From Eledone cirrhosa (Eukaryota): a stretch of 64,000 nucleotides of DNA. Under the pieces are notes generated by a model, which was not told the DNA's origin, did not search any database, and saw only the letters and a program-made list of their open reading frames with translations. This document shows, piece after piece, positions 24,811-38,424 of this stretch; positions within the stretch are counted from its first letter, which is position 1, and each line of letters opens with the position of its first letter. Location: contig OZ024741.1 in assembly GCA_964016885.1 (NCBI GenBank), forward strand, positions 317,936,001 to 318,000,000. Direction: 5' to 3'. The position numbers and the translations under genes were made by a program.

Positions 24811-25591
24811 TAGAAGTGTAACTAGGGTATGGCAAGCATGGCATATGCTATGGGCACCACTTGAACTAGGAGCACTTTCTATTAAAATCAGATAAGCTAA
24901 CAGCAGAGAGTGAAAAAAAGAAACTTCTTCAGATGTATGATCTGTCTTTGATTACCATGGGTGAAAAGCACTATGGTGGTTGGATCATTAAACCGTTTAT
25001 ATAAATTATTAGGCCCATAGGTAAAAAAAAAAAATACAGTGGTGGGAACTACATGACCACATAGGCATACCTCATAGCATGACTTATTAAATATTTTAAT
25101 GAGGTTTAATGTTTGTCAAAAATCAGTGTTACAAAAAGATATCTGTAGAATAAATGAAAATGCAGTTTAATACCATAAACTCTCATTCATTTAAACTGCA
25201 CTGTCAATCCCATGGTCTAGCACAGAAGTTCTCAAACTTTAGGAGCCACTGCCCCCCCCCCCCCCCTCCCCTCCCCTCCTCACAGCCACATAATTACCCT
25301 CAGCACCCCCCAACCCTATTTCCAGAGAGACCTGCCTACATGCAAATTGTAAATAATATATAATAAATAATATAATATATACTATGTATAAATAAATATT
25401 ATATATTATAATATGTATCATTTGATATTTAATATACTATTATAATCATCTCTAGCACCTCCTCGACATTCTCAACCCCCGAGGACAGTAGCGCCAACTT
25501 TGAGAACCTCTGGTCTAGCAACTACTATATAGCTTGCTGCATGAGTAGGGGCACAATTTCATTGCTTGCCATAGGTGTTGTTACACTTCTG
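24811..25591. mobile_element. Non-autonomous hAT-type element, 8-bp TSD GTCCAGAG
   Basis: TIR TAGAAGTGTAAC / GTTACACTTCTG; GTCCAGAG at 24803-24810 and 25592-25599. Confidence 0.85.
25223..25512. mobile_element. hAT-Charlie-like MITE, 8-bp TSD GTCTAGCA
   Basis: TIR CAGAAGTTCTCAAA / TTTGAGAACCTCTG; GTCTAGCA at 25215-25222 and 25513-25520. Confidence 0.85.
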
Positions 25592-27599
25592 GTCCAGAGA
25601 GATGATAAACAGAAAAGGCATCAAAGTATCTCCTTTTAGAACTTCTGTCTGAATGCTGAGGAAGTCTGTATCACCATCAGTCGATTGAACCATTGGTTTT
25701 GTATCATTGTAGAGCTTCATGACTGCTTTGACTGTTTCTTCTGGTATTCCATAGGCTTGTAGCATTTCAGCGATTTTCCCTCTATGCACAAAATTGAACA
25801 TCATTAAGAAATCCACAAAGAGTATGCCTTCACCCAGGTTTCTTGCTCTTACACCTTCAATGATTCTTCTCACCATTAATATCTGCCTGAGTGTTGACCT
25901 GTTCTTCCTGAATCCATTTTGATTTGGTCGAAGAAATTTCTCAATTTCAGGTTAGAATGTCAGCATTTCATTGTATATTTTCACAGCAATGCCATAAGGG
26001 GCATACCTCTGTAGTTGGTTGTAAATGGCAGATCCACCTTCTATATGAAAGAAAGAGTGCATCCTTCTGTCCAGGTCTGAATTGAGCTTTGTTTGTATAT
26101 GGCATTGCAACATTAGAGAAGAATACTGAAGCATATTGTTTTCCAGACTTCAAGAAGTACTTCATTCAGACCAATTACTTTCCCATTTTCTAGTTTTCTC
26201 AGCATGGCCCCTAATTATTCTTCAGTAAATGGGGCTTTCTTGATGGGAAGTTTATTTTCTATGATCATCTGAACTGGTAGATCATTTACAAGAGATTTTC
26301 CCAGTAGGTCCTGAAAATGGTCTTTCCATTTCTTCATTTTTTCTTCTTGATTTGCTGCTTTTAGTTTGGCTTGGGTTGATCTCTTTCTTCCACTAACATC
26401 ATTTCCAGTTTTCCAAGCTAATGTTGATTATTAATTGTTGACTTTCAGCAGCCATTTGGATGGTATCAATATGTTGTATGTATTTCACCGTTGTAAATTT
26501 CCTCCAGTTCACATCTTGTAGTTTTATATTCGATTATGTTTACTTTGGAAGGACATCTGTTTTTCAGCTTGGCCAACTTCTTCAGGCACTCTCACTTTGG
26601 AACCATAGTTTCATTCTCCTGGTGCTATCTTTTAGGCTTCAGCTTCAGAGGTATATATTCTTCACCAGCTAGTTTGTGAGCACTCACAAAGTTTGTGTGT
26701 GTACTGTTTGCATCTGATATGTTAGGCTCATCTTGAAGAAGCTGGAAACGATTTTAAAGTGTGATGGTGAATTGTGCTTGGATATCCTCATTTCCAGTCA
26801 TGTAGGCTTCCGTGAACTTTTCCTTCTATTTGCATGCATACTCAGCTGAAACATGTAATAATGATATGTGATGAAGACACACCATCAAATGAGTTGTATG
26901 CCTCACAGTTGTGAGCACCGTTGATCCCCTTCTTATTGGTAATGATGAAATCCAGTTGTGCCTTAGCTACATTAGGATAAGTATGAGTCCATAGCTTCCA
27001 TTTCTATTTTGGAAACCTGGTGTTCAAGCAGTACAGGTATTTTTCAATCAGAAATTGTTCCAAATGTGATTCATTTCTGTTGGATTCTTCATTAAAGGTA
27101 TTCTGGTGGTTTTCACCTTTTCCTAACTGAACATTAATGTCACTACAGTTAACAAGAACATTTTGAAACAAAACAAACTAGAAAGGAAAGATGATATCCA
27201 TTTTTGCATTTCATAAGTTTGGGGTCTATAGTATATTTTTCAAGATCCTGAGCCAAATTCATCACTCCAGCATACACTCTTTGTTGACCCATACAATGAG
27301 TGATGTGGTTTGAACATGTAGGTACACAAAGAGTCAACATTAGTCTATCAATAGGTGAGAGAACCCATCTACATATACCATCAACTTAGATGTTGGCAGT
27401 ATTTCACTCACTGAACTGGGTGATCTTGACCAATTACTATTTCTAGTCCCACCTCTCAACATTGCAGGATTTATCACAAACTGGCAGTGCCCCCTGGTAG
27501 CACTGTCATGTGAAGGATTTCTAGAAGTTATCCATAGTCCCCAGATAGAAAGTCCTTTGGAACAGACTGGCCATGCAGCGTCACATTTGCTCACCACTA

Positions 27600-28900
27600 A
27601 TCCTCTATAGGACTCTAGAATAGAATTTCCCACCTGGTAGAGGGCATATGGCAACATTCCAGATGTCAGGTGCCAACCTCGTTTTCTTCTTCACCCAGGC
27701 CTGCAGCTCTGTCAAAAAGGTAAGCTGTGGAAAGGCATGTCTCACAAACTGACCACACTTGTTCACCGTTTGATAATATCTGAAGATGCTGTAGCCTAAG
27801 CGCATGTTGCACATCATCAACCTCCGCATAGACAGTGCTGGCAGCATATGGACCATCTCACCAAAGGAACCTGTCTTTTCCACAAGAAGATGAAGAGCAG
27901 GCGTTCCAATTTGGTGAGGAATGAACGGAGCAAGGCACAATGGTCAGGCGATGACGGATGCAATATATGTATTCACCACTTCCACTTGACCTTTCAGGGA
28001 TAGCTCTCTCTTGGCCCATTTCTGGGTGAGAGTGGCCACCCTACTCATTACCTCATTCCAGTTTTTATCCACCTGGAAGTTTGGTCCCAACCAGACCCTG
28101 AGCAACTTTGCCGGTCCGTCCGTCCAGCGTCTGACGATGCTGTTGAATGTCATGGATTTACCTCTCCAGGTGCCTGGCTGCAAAACCACTGACATTTCTG
28201 GGTTGAGTTTTGCTCCTGCCAACCTTTCATATTTGATTTCCAAGGTATTTGACACCATCACAATGTTGTCTGCATTTGCTGACACAGCCTTTTCACATCC
28301 TGGTTTGAGTGGGACGCCATGCAACAGCTTCAGCTTCCACAGTAAAGGCTCAAGAGTCAATATGTACAGAAGGGAGAAAAGAGGGCACTCTCGATGGACA
28401 GATAGCATGATCTCCACCAAGCAGATGCTGCTGTGCATTGCAGAAATCCAGCCTCTGAAGATGGAACTGAACCCAGCTGTCTCCAGGCATTGATGGTCAA
28501 CCTTATTGAAAGCTTTCAATAGATTTAAATTGATCATAGTCCCATCAAAGCCATGTTTACTCCCTACTCTCTTTATGATGTATCACAGGAGGTGGAGGTT
28601 GTCATGTATGGATCTAGTTGGCATTGCGCGTGTCAGCAGCAACCTCATTGCTAGCACCTTGGCCAAAAATGTTAAACTCTTAGCAGAATTATGGGCCTGA
28701 AGTTGTCTAACATGTCTTCCTATGCCCCAACTCACAGAATTTGGAATTCATCCATTCTGCTAGCAGTTGTAGTAAATGGCTTCAAGGAAATCAGAGAATA
28801 AATCTGGCTTATCTACATAAAACTCAGGGTAGACCATCCAAACTGGGCGATTTTATGTCTTTGATGCCATTCGTACCATCATGAGTGTCTGTGGTATTTA
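27600..28900 (-). pseudogene. Degenerate Tx1/L1-clade LINE RT region
   Basis: INLNLLKAFNKVDH; CPLFSLLYILTLEPLL; SANADNI (YADD-like); WAKRELSLKGQVEVVN. Confidence 0.85.
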
Positions 28901-29271
28901 GACGGTGCTGGTGGAAAAGATCTTCCACACTCTCTCAATATTTTTTCTTCATACTATGAGGGTCATCAGTTCTTGGTTGGCCCTTCTTACTAAATCAACA
29001 GTTATTATGTCATACAGAACAGTATCGAATAGTTCAAAATTCATTAAAGAGAAAAAGAGAACAAGACATACAAAGGGGAGTAACTTTCTTGAGAAATCTA
29101 GTAGAAATTATATATTACAAGTGTTTGTCTATTCAAGAAATTAGTAGAGATATGGATAATTATTTAAATTACACATAAATATCTATATACATACACAAGT
29201 ATACATACACACATTTATATATGTGTATCTAAGAATATAGACATACTCACAAATACACATATAGACATCTC

Positions 29272-29560
29272 CTATTTCACAGTCACATTTTTTGGCACCA
29301 ATATAACCCTTTCACTGAGCCACTTGTGACTTGCAAACTGATATTCAAAATTAGGGAGCACTTTTTCTATGAGATAAAATAATGATTCCACCATCGTGTA
29401 TATGGGACTTATATCAATAGCTCCCTTTTTATCTACAAGAAGTCTTCCATCTGCATGCATATATAGATTCTGGGCAAACTGCTCTGATTGTTTGTCTCCA
29501 CTAAGATATGCCCTCATGTTTGTAGCATGCTCCAAACTTTGATAGAAGTCCAAAGTGTTG
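29272..29560 (-). pseudogene. Helitron RepHel (PIF1-like helicase) fragment
   Basis: TNMRAYLSGD..SEQFA...DG...LIEKVLPN....WLSERVILVPKN..V matches the Helitron helicase segment around motif IV. Confidence 0.75.
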
Positions 29561-29601
29561 ATTTTTTTTCAAACAGGCTCGGATTTGGGAGATTTTATCT
29601 A

Positions 29602-29680
29602 CCCCCCCCTCCTCCTCCTCCTCCTTCTCCTACTACTACTACAACCACCACTACTACTAATGCTGCTGCTCCTACTACTA

Positions 29681-29721
<41 letters not shown>

Positions 29722-29736
29722 AAACCCCCCCCCCCC
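29602..29736. repeat. Compound trinucleotide microsatellite (CCT)n(ACT)n(GCT)n between poly-C runs
   Basis: Direct reading. Confidence 0.95.
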
Positions 29737-30029
29737 AACCACCACAGAAGATATAGAAGGATAGTGAGAGAGTGTGCTAAAGATATATACAGAGGGGAAA
29801 AGTATAAAATACAGAGAGAGGCAGATATATATATATAGAGAGAGCTATTCTGATAGTTGTGGATTCTAATGATATTCAATATTGGTGATCTTGAAGTTAA
29901 TTTATATCATAGAAATTACAACATTTTTTGAGAACTAACAACCCTAAAACATTCTCCTTGGTATGCAGATTTTGAAAATGAAACCCGTGTTTCTCCAGGA
30001 TGCACCTTTGGGAGACATACACATATTCA

Positions 30030-30573
30030 CACACATACAGGAGAGGCGGTTGCGCTGGTATGGACATGTGATGTGTATGAAGGATGACAGCTGCATAAAA
30101 AGGTGCAGAGCACTAGAAGTCGATGGAAAGCGTGGAGAGAGGAGACCCAAGAAGACCTGGGATGAGGTGATAAAAGCCGACCTTACCCAATTACACCTCT
30201 CAAAGGCGATGACACACGACCGTGACCTCTGGCGTCACGTAGTAATACAGAAGACCCGATCCCCCACGGGTACAAACCAAAGCTGAAGCATATAGACAAT
30301 ACGCCCCCACCCCCTCCCACTGCAAAGTGGTCGTGGAGGTGCCACGGCAAAAAAGCACCCAGCCCACACTGTAAAGTGGATGTGTAGGCGCCACGGAAAA
30401 AAAGCACCCAGCACTCACTGTAAATGAAGAAGGGCATCCAGCTGTAGAAATCAAGCCAGAATCAGTTCCTGTATAAGCAAGACATGGTCAGCTGACCGGA
30501 CACTGCCCACAACAGGATAACCCGTCTAACCCATGCTAGCGTGGAAGAACAGACGTAAAACGGTGATGATGAT
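30030..30573 (+). mobile_element. 5'-truncated RTE LINE
   Basis: IQERRLRWYGHVMCMKDDSCIKRCR...RPKKTWDEV; 3' UTR and GATGAT tail. Confidence 0.9.
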
Positions 30574-31499
30574 ACACTCATTTATAGTTAAGATATATAT
30601 ATGGACCCATAACTCCTGAAGGAGTCATATGGGCGCCACATTGACATATAGTGTTTCTAGGACATTTTAATCTCTTTTCCAGATATTCATTGATATATTT
30701 CCACTGTTTTAAATAAAATATCTAAATATTCTTTCTCATGAACTTAGCAGAGTCCAACAATTCACAGTACTTTCATCTGGAAATGAATGAATTGGAGGTT
30801 CCTGATAGTGACTCTTTTGCTTCTTCTCCCATTTTGGATGCTGCAGCAAAGGTAAGGGTCACTACATCTGTAATCAAACTGAATAAAATTCACAAATTTC
30901 AGAAATTATCGGCAAAATATGTTTCTTTTTTTTCGGTCTGTGGTGTTTGATAAAATTGTGAGAGCTGAACTGTCTACAGCAAGGTTTATGTTGTCTTACC
31001 AACATATCAGGTGATGCTTGCAAGAGTCTTGGCTTGCCTAAAAAATTATTAAGGAGAAACTCAAGCACCCCTTATTGTGATGTGTAATTGAGTATGTATG
31101 TCTTCACTCACTTTTTTATCTGCAAACATATATATATAAGTGTATTGAACTAAACAAACTGGTTTTGTGCTAGTTTACTTGATAATTTCACAGGACTTGC
31201 ATTTTTGAAGTGTCCATCTGTGATTCAGAGCGCATACATTTAGTTATTAGTGGTAAGTTCGGGACTATGTGCGGGTGTTAATTCAGCCCAGACCAAACAT
31301 AAATTGTTGGTTTCTTCTCTGCATCCTGTGTATTAGAATGCAATTGCTGCATCCAGTACACAGAAGCCACGCGTTAATTCCAGAATCATCAGAAAGGAAT
31401 TAACTTGGGCAGGACCAATACATAGGTTTGTCAATAGGAAGCGATCTTTTATGTTCTATCGCAAAGGTCTACTAGTGATTTAGTAGCAGTTCTTGACTG

Positions 31500-33700
31500 C
31501 TGACATCATCACGTGCCTTCCAAGGTTGCTAGGCCAAGGAGTGGCAGTAGGTATGAGCTCGTACTGCTTTAAAAATGTTCCTTATGTGATGCGCCTTAAA
31601 TAGCCTCTGGCAACCAAATCCAACTCCTGACACTCTCATGTGGCTTAACATGTAAGCCCGGTGGAACTGTCAAGTGGGTTCTGGTGCCTTCAAACTAGTG
31701 CTCCAGGTAGATGGAACTTGTTAGCCTAGGAGGGATGTCCATCTAAAAGAAGACAAACTCTGAACTTAAACCTCTGCTGTCTTGTGGTTATACCCACATA
31801 TGTGAAAGGTTTTGGGAGTAAAGCTTGAGGATAAATCTGAGCTGGAATCCCTAAGGCAGTTTGATGTTATTTCTGACCTTGTTCTAGCAACTCCTGCTAC
31901 CCCAAGTTGTATTGGCTTCTGCCTTTCCCTTGGACAACACCAGTGGTATCGAGAGGGGAGACGTTCTGTATGGGCAACTGCTGATTTCCCATAAAACCCT
32001 GTACAAGCCTGCACCATGGAGAGGTCACTCCAGCATCACCTCACAGCGATGGCAAAATATGGAAAGTAGCAGTCTATCAGTTAGAATCTGCTCTGCACAT
32101 GATTGGCATATTAGCAAGGCATCAGGGGCTGCTTTCGGTGGAGGGAAAGGCCATTGTGCTTCACTGGACAGCTACCACTCTTCTCAGGCTAGGTTGCCCC
32201 TAGAAAATTAGGCACTGCCCTGTCACAGCTAACCTGCTTTGCGGCGTGTGTGGGTCTTAGGTATACTAATATAATGAATTGTGGGCTGTAAACACTGCAC
32301 TAAGAAAAACAAACAAACAAACAAACAATGTAGGAAACCAACATTCAGACATGGATGTTGGAACATACAGACCATGACTACTTGTCTATCAAATGATCTT
32401 CAAAAGATCAGTGACGTCTGCAAGACAGCAGTTATCAACAACAAACTGTTACGACTTCAAGGGGACATTTCAGCACTCCAAGAAATGCCATTCTCAGATT
32501 CAGAGACTCTTCGTGAGAGAGAATATACCTTTTTCTGATGTGCAAAGAGAGTGCTATTTAGCCACCCTCTATAGGAGCATAGGGGTAGAAGTGACTGCAA
32601 TAGCTATCAAGGCATCTCACTGCTAAGCATTGTTGGGAAAGTCTTTGCTCTCATGGTCTTGAACAGACCTCAGAAAATCGCTGAGAGGGTAAACACCGAA
32701 TCTCAGTGTGGTTTCATGTCAGAATGCTCCACTATTGACATGATTTTCTCCATTTGATAGCTACAGGAGAAGTGCCGAGAGCAAAGGCATCCACTCTACA
32801 TCACCTTCATCAACTCCACAAAGGCATTGGTTATTCCCCAAAACTTCTTAGGATGGTCCATGCAGATATGAAAGTTGATGTCCAATTTGATGGCTCTTCT
32901 GCAGAGGCATTTAATATATGCAGTGGTGTGGAGCAGGGCTGTTTGGTATCTTTTTCACAGTCATGCTGAAACATACATTTGGAATGTCAAGTGAAGGTGT
33001 CTACCTCCACACCAGATCAAACAGGAGGCTATTTAGTCTGTTAAGGCTGAAAGCAAAACCAAGGTTCGTCAGGTACTTATCAGAGAAATACTGTTTGCAG
33101 ATGATGTAGCATTGGCAGTACACTCTGAGGAACAAATGCAGCACCTCATGAACAATTTAAGAATTCAGCCTGACCATTAATCTGAAGAAAACCAGCATAC
33201 TGGGCCAAAGTGTCAAGCAGCCCCTACCATCACCATCAACCACTATGAGTTGGAGGTAGTCCACGAATTCATCTACCTTGGTTCTACTATTACTGACAAC
33301 CTCTCCTTGGACCACAAGATCAGCAGGAGAGTTGGACAAGCAGCCTCCACATTTGCCAGGCTAAAAAGAGAGTCTTGTAGAACAGAAAACTAACTACAAA
33401 CACCAAGACTGCTATCTACAAGGTGCATGTCCTCAGCACACTACTTTATGGCAGCAAGATATAGAACCTCTACTCTTGACAGGAGTGGTGTCTCAATGTC
33501 TTCCACCTTTGTAGCCTGAGACGCATTTTGGATATCAAGTGGCTCGACCTGGCCACTAACACTAAAGTCCTCAACCACTCCAAGATACCCACCATATACA
33601 TCCTGCTCAAACAATGATGTCTGTACTGGCTCAGTCACGTACATTGTATGCCAGACAGGAAGATTCCAAAAGATCTACTGTATGGGGAACAGGTGCATGA
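31500..33700 (+). pseudogene. Degenerate RTE/BovB-like LINE with 5' UTR and internal deletions
   Basis: GCWNIQTMT...KTAVINNKLLRLQGDISALQE...LREREYTFF; ESQCGF...STIDMIF..QLQEKCREQ; LFADD; FIYLGSTI. Confidence 0.85.
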
Positions 33701-33744
33701 ACAACTAATAGTGGTGTGCATGAACAACAAATCATCAATGAAGA

Positions 33745-33995
33745 GACAGAATCTGGGCATAAGAGGGGTCTAATGCAATGTACAGGAGAGGAGAATGTGA
33801 TGGTTTGGATATGTGATGCACATGGAAGATGACAGTTGTATAAAAAGATGCATAGCACTCAAACTATAGAAGAGGAAGACTTTGGAAAGCTTAGGATGAT
33901 GTGATAAAAGCTAACATTACCCAATTAAACCTCACAAAAGAGATGACACAGCATTGAAATCTTTGGCATTGTGCTGTACTGCAGAAGACCTGCCT
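33745..33995 (+). mobile_element. RTE LINE C-terminal fragment
   Basis: Homologous to the 30030 and 36160 copies (CAGGAGAGGAGA...GATGACAGTTGTATAAAAAG). Confidence 0.75.
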
Positions 33996-35180
33996 GTGGA
34001 ATCTTAGAGTTATCAAAGAATTTATTTTATGATGAGGTTTAAATCAGAATTTATGTGTTTTTAGTGAGGTTATGGAAATTGTTAAATCTTTTAGACATAA
34101 GTTTTGACTTTCTATTACAGTATTTATATAAAATATGAATTTTTTCCAAGCCAAGAATGTAACTTTTTTCTATGACATTTTTCCTGTAATTATATTTCCT
34201 TTCATAAAAATAAGGTGTTGTAAACTTCAGGCTTTAACTAATAACAGTGACTAAGGGAGCTGTAATTGCTAACACTATAAAAAATCATTTAGAAAGGGAT
34301 TGTAACAGAAGACTAATTTATAATATATACTTGTGAGAGTGGTTGGCTATTACAGCAGCAATGCCATGAATGTCTTGGTTCGCCTCAAAATATTTGAGAA
34401 GGTAACTCCAACATTCCCTGTTGTAGTGGTTGTGTCAAAATTGTTTAGAGGGAAACACCAACATTCCATGCTCTAGTGTATAATTGAATATGCACATTTC
34501 TCCTTTGATTTTTTTTATAAACCATATTCACACACACACACATGTATATATATATGTGTATATGTATGTGTATGCACTTAGGATACTTTTTCGTTTTTAT
34601 TTGTATAATTTGTCAAAAGGCATACCTTCATCTGTCTTTGTCTATACTCGTTTTGTTATGTCCCAATGTGCACAGGAATGAACAACTGTTGTGATTTTCA
34701 GAGGTTGGATGAGGAGATGGAAAAGTCTGTTTTTTCCATTGTCAGTTTCCTATGCGACCTCTGTTTTGAATTCAAATTCAAAAGACTTAGAATTACAGGC
34801 TTTTTTAAACAATATATGTCCTTTAACATAGCATTTTGACAAAAAGTAATCAATAAAATAAGTACCTGACTTGAAAAATATAATTACTGGAGTAGATATA
34901 ATCAACTAAATCCATTGAAGATGGTGTCCCAGAATCGTTGCAGTCAAATGATTGAAACCAGTGACAGAATACAAGAACATTAACAGGATTTTATTGAATC
35001 ATTTGATTATTTAATTTAAGAAAAAAATTTTTCCTTTCTTTCAAAGTAGTAAATAAAAGCCAGCATTTAAAATCCTTTTTATACCAAACTAGCTGAAAAC
35101 CACTCCTGGCTCTATGATACAAAACTTTATTCTAAAGTGTCTATATTTATATAAAATCCCTCTATTATAACTTTGTGTAA

Positions 35181-35696
35181 AACTCTATAAAAATGCCTGA
35201 AAGGTAAAGTTGTTCTTGGTGGGATTTGAACTCAGAGTGCAGAGCACTGGAAATATATTGCAAGATATTTTATCTAACATAATAGCAACTCTGCCAATTC
35301 ACTTTTAACTGTTTGACAAATTATTAACCCTTTCATTACTATATTTCTAATGAAAGACACCAGCTTAATGAGAAAGTTAATTATATAACTAAATTCCTCC
35401 AAATAATTATTACAAAAATTCTTCTAAACACCAGTTTAATGAGAAAGTTAATTATATTAGTAAATTCCTCCAAATAATTCATTAATATAAAAATTCTTTG
35501 AAAACCATTAGAAATATAGTAATGAAAGGGTTAATAATTTGTCAAACAGTTAAGATAGTATTTCACCCTAAAAGTGAATTGGCAGAATTGCTATAATGTT
35601 AAATAGAATATCTTGCAATATTTTCCCAGCTCTTTGCAACTCTGAGTTCAAATCCCACCAAGAACAACTTTACCTTTCAGGCATTTTTATAGGGTT
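35181..35696. repeat. Composite inverted repeat (arms about 35181-35352 and 35506-35696) with tandemly duplicated spacer
   Basis: Arms comprise SINE 5' part + AACTGTTTGACAAATTATT + MITE B end; the right arm has an about 17-nt insertion. Confidence 0.9.
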
Positions 35697-35973
35697 GATA
35701 GAAGAATTTATTACCAGTCGATAATGGTGGAATTATTAGAGTGTCAGACAAGATGTCTTATAGCATTGCATCCAGATCTCTGTTCTGACTTCAAATTCCA
35801 CTAATAGTCAGGACTAATCTTTTGACCATGGGGCCACAACAGATTATGAAAGTTGCAATGGGTGGAGAATAACTGTGGTCATTTGCTAGTGTAGTGAAAT
35901 GATGCTGATGCTGATGAGGATTAGCCTGAGAATAGACCTATTATGAAAGGGCTTCACACACTGATCATTTTAA

Positions 35974-36166
35974 CCCTTCAGCATTTAAACTGGCTATATC
36001 TGGCCAGAATTCTCTCACCTCTTTCTGTTCAAACTGACAATTCATACTGATGTTAAGGTTTGTTCTCAAAATAAATATCAAAATCTCATAGATTCAATAT
36101 TATATGAGATAAAGCCTTTACCACAAAAATGCAATATTGTATATGGAGTAATGTAAATGCTAAAGG
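35974..36166 (+). mobile_element. MITE family A
   Basis: TTAA|CCCTTCAGCATTTAAAC...GTAAATGCTAAAGG. Confidence 0.85.
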
Positions 36167-36830
36167 CAATGTTGCATGGTAGTAAGGCCTGGGTGTTGTG
36201 TGCAGAGGACTTGCAAAGATTGGAAAGAAATGAAGCTTGCATGCTCCAATGGATGTGTAATAGTAATATATCTGAGCAGCAAAGCATAAATGAACTGAGA
36301 GAGAAACTAAGCATAAGAGGGATCAGATTTAGTATACAGGAGAGGAGACTGCGTTGGTTTGGACATGTAGTGCCTATGAAGGATAACAGCTGTATAAAAA
36401 AGTGCAGGAAGTTGATGGAAGCCACGGAGTAGGAAGACCTAGGAAGACTTGGGACGAGTTGATAAAAGCTGACCTTGCATAATTGCATCCCTCAAAGGCG
36501 ATGGCACATGACTGAGATCTCTGGCATTATGCAGTAATACAGAAGACCCACCTTCCCATGAGCACAGGCTCCCCAATCTCCACACACCTTTCCCACCAAA
36601 GTCCCACACTGTAAAGTGGTCATGTAGGTGTCATGACAAAGCATCCAGCTCACACTATAAGTGGTTGTGTAGCTGTCATGTCAAAAAGTAACCAGTACTC
36701 ACTGTAAATGTGGTTGGCATTAGGAAGGGCAAATCAGTTCTGTACGAGCAAGACATGGTCACCTGACTTGGCATTTCTCACAACAGGACAACTCGTCTAA
36801 CCTGTGTGATGATGAGGATGATGATGATGA
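36167..36830 (+). mobile_element. 5'-truncated RTE LINE
   Basis: MLHGSKAW...LERNEACMLQWMCN...ERRLRWFGHV; (GAT)n tail. Confidence 0.9.
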
Positions 36831-36944
36831 AGATACAATACAGCCTTGCAGGCCCCACATGGCATAGAGTTATTTTTAAGGCAAGGTTTTACAGCTGATT
36901 GCTTTGCCTGGCACTAACTCTTTCAGTCACCTATTATGTCAGTG

Positions 36945-37325
36945 TTACAATGTACCTATTCTAAACCAGATACACTTGGGGATACAGTGTACTATTCACC
37001 ATGACTCTGTACCTATTCTAAATCAGATATGCACAGGAATACTGTGTACCTAATTTAAACCAGATACTCATGGGAATACAGTGTACCTATTCTGAACAAA
37101 ATGCACACAGGGATACAATGTGCCTATTTTAAACCAAATACACAGGGATACAATGTACATATTTTAAACCAGATACACACAAGGATACAGTGTAACATCC
37201 ACAACTGTACCTATTCTAAATCAGATAGATATGCACAGGGCTATTGTGTAGCTAATTTAAACCAGATACTCACAGGAATACAGTGTACCTAAACTGAAGA
37301 AAATGTACACAAGAATATGGTGTAC
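36945..37325 (+). repeat. 37-bp minisatellite (TGTACCTATTCTAAACCAGATACACACAGGGATACAG), about 9 diverged units
   Basis: Direct reading; reverse complement of the 53915-54553 unit. Confidence 0.9.
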
Positions 37326-37469
37326 TCACCCCCCCATATTAGATTTTATTATATCTAATTACCAAATATCAGTTTTTACATTTGTATGAGCCTGGTTCGA
37401 GTGACCTCTAAGAACATGTGAAGGGAGAGATGATGGAGCTGATGAGAACTAAAATTATGAACATCAAAC

Positions 37470-38424
37470 TTCGCAGATTTTCTTACTAAAGAAACATACA
37501 TTAACCCTCCACACCGGGAATTATTTTTGTTTTTTATGTGAATTTCTTCAATATTTCCGAGTAAAATCCCAAACAACTTCCAAATTTTGAGTCTATTTAT
37601 AGACTCCTCTCCTTGAATACTCAAGTAATTTTTGTTATATATTTAGAGCAATCTGGTTCTTTAAGTGTTAAATATAATCGAGGTCAAGACTTATTTATTT
37701 AGGCACCAGAACTATTACCACACCAAATATCTTGCAACGTTATGCTTAATTCTAGGATTTCGTTAAATTTGTTTTCACTTAAACGTTAGCCATGGAATAA
37801 TATATCTATCTATATATTTCTATATATATATACAGTAAAGTGTTGCAGGATTTCTAACATTTGAAATGAGGAGGGTTGAAAAACAAACAAAACAAAATAG
37901 GCGCAAAAAATCGTTTATTCAAGTTGGTTACAACGAGTACCTGGGAACTATATATTTGTAATTGCAAACTAGAACACAATGGGAGAATATTATATTTACA
38001 AAAAGGAGAAGCGCAAGCATGTTCGGGGCGTATGAAATTCCTAATAAGATTTATTTAAGAACAACTTGTCGTTCAATTTTTTTTTATCTCTCTCCTTTGT
38101 GTCTCATTTTGCAATTTTATAACAACAACCGGTGCCACCGGTGGTAGTTATCTCTTTAATTTATTACTTGTTAATCTCTCTCCTATATTTACACCGATAA
38201 TATATTTAAATATCTCGTTTTTTAATATTTTGTTAGATCGAAATCAAAATCCTAGAGCGGCCCCATAAAAAGGTTGAAAAAATATTTCACGATAAGTTGT
38301 AAATTAAGGAATTAAATTAAATACAATGCTCGTTTGAGTTACCTACCCCTTGTTGATGTCTCCACGAAACTGGTCTCTTAGATCTTAAACTTACTGCTTC
38401 TATATTGTCTTTTACCTTAACGAG
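37470..38424 (+). promoter_or_regulatory. Putative promoter and non-coding first exon of ZNF-B (donor 38424/38425)
   Basis: Repeat-free, CpG-retaining region (extends to about 40.3 kb); consensus donor GAG|GTAAGT. Confidence 0.55.

Larger units (their letters stand above)
24030..27140 (-). pseudogene. Degenerate LINE (RTE-X-like), endonuclease + RT, interrupted by nested MITEs
   Basis: AQLDFIITNKK...NCEAYNSF (EN); RRIIEGVRARNL..ILFVDF; DGDTDF...GDTLMPFLFIISLD (RT). Confidence 0.85.

Noticed and set aside
29488-29879. Poly-Pro/Thr/Ala, poly-Leu and poly-Val ORFs
   Set aside because: Compound trinucleotide microsatellite with no splice or coding context
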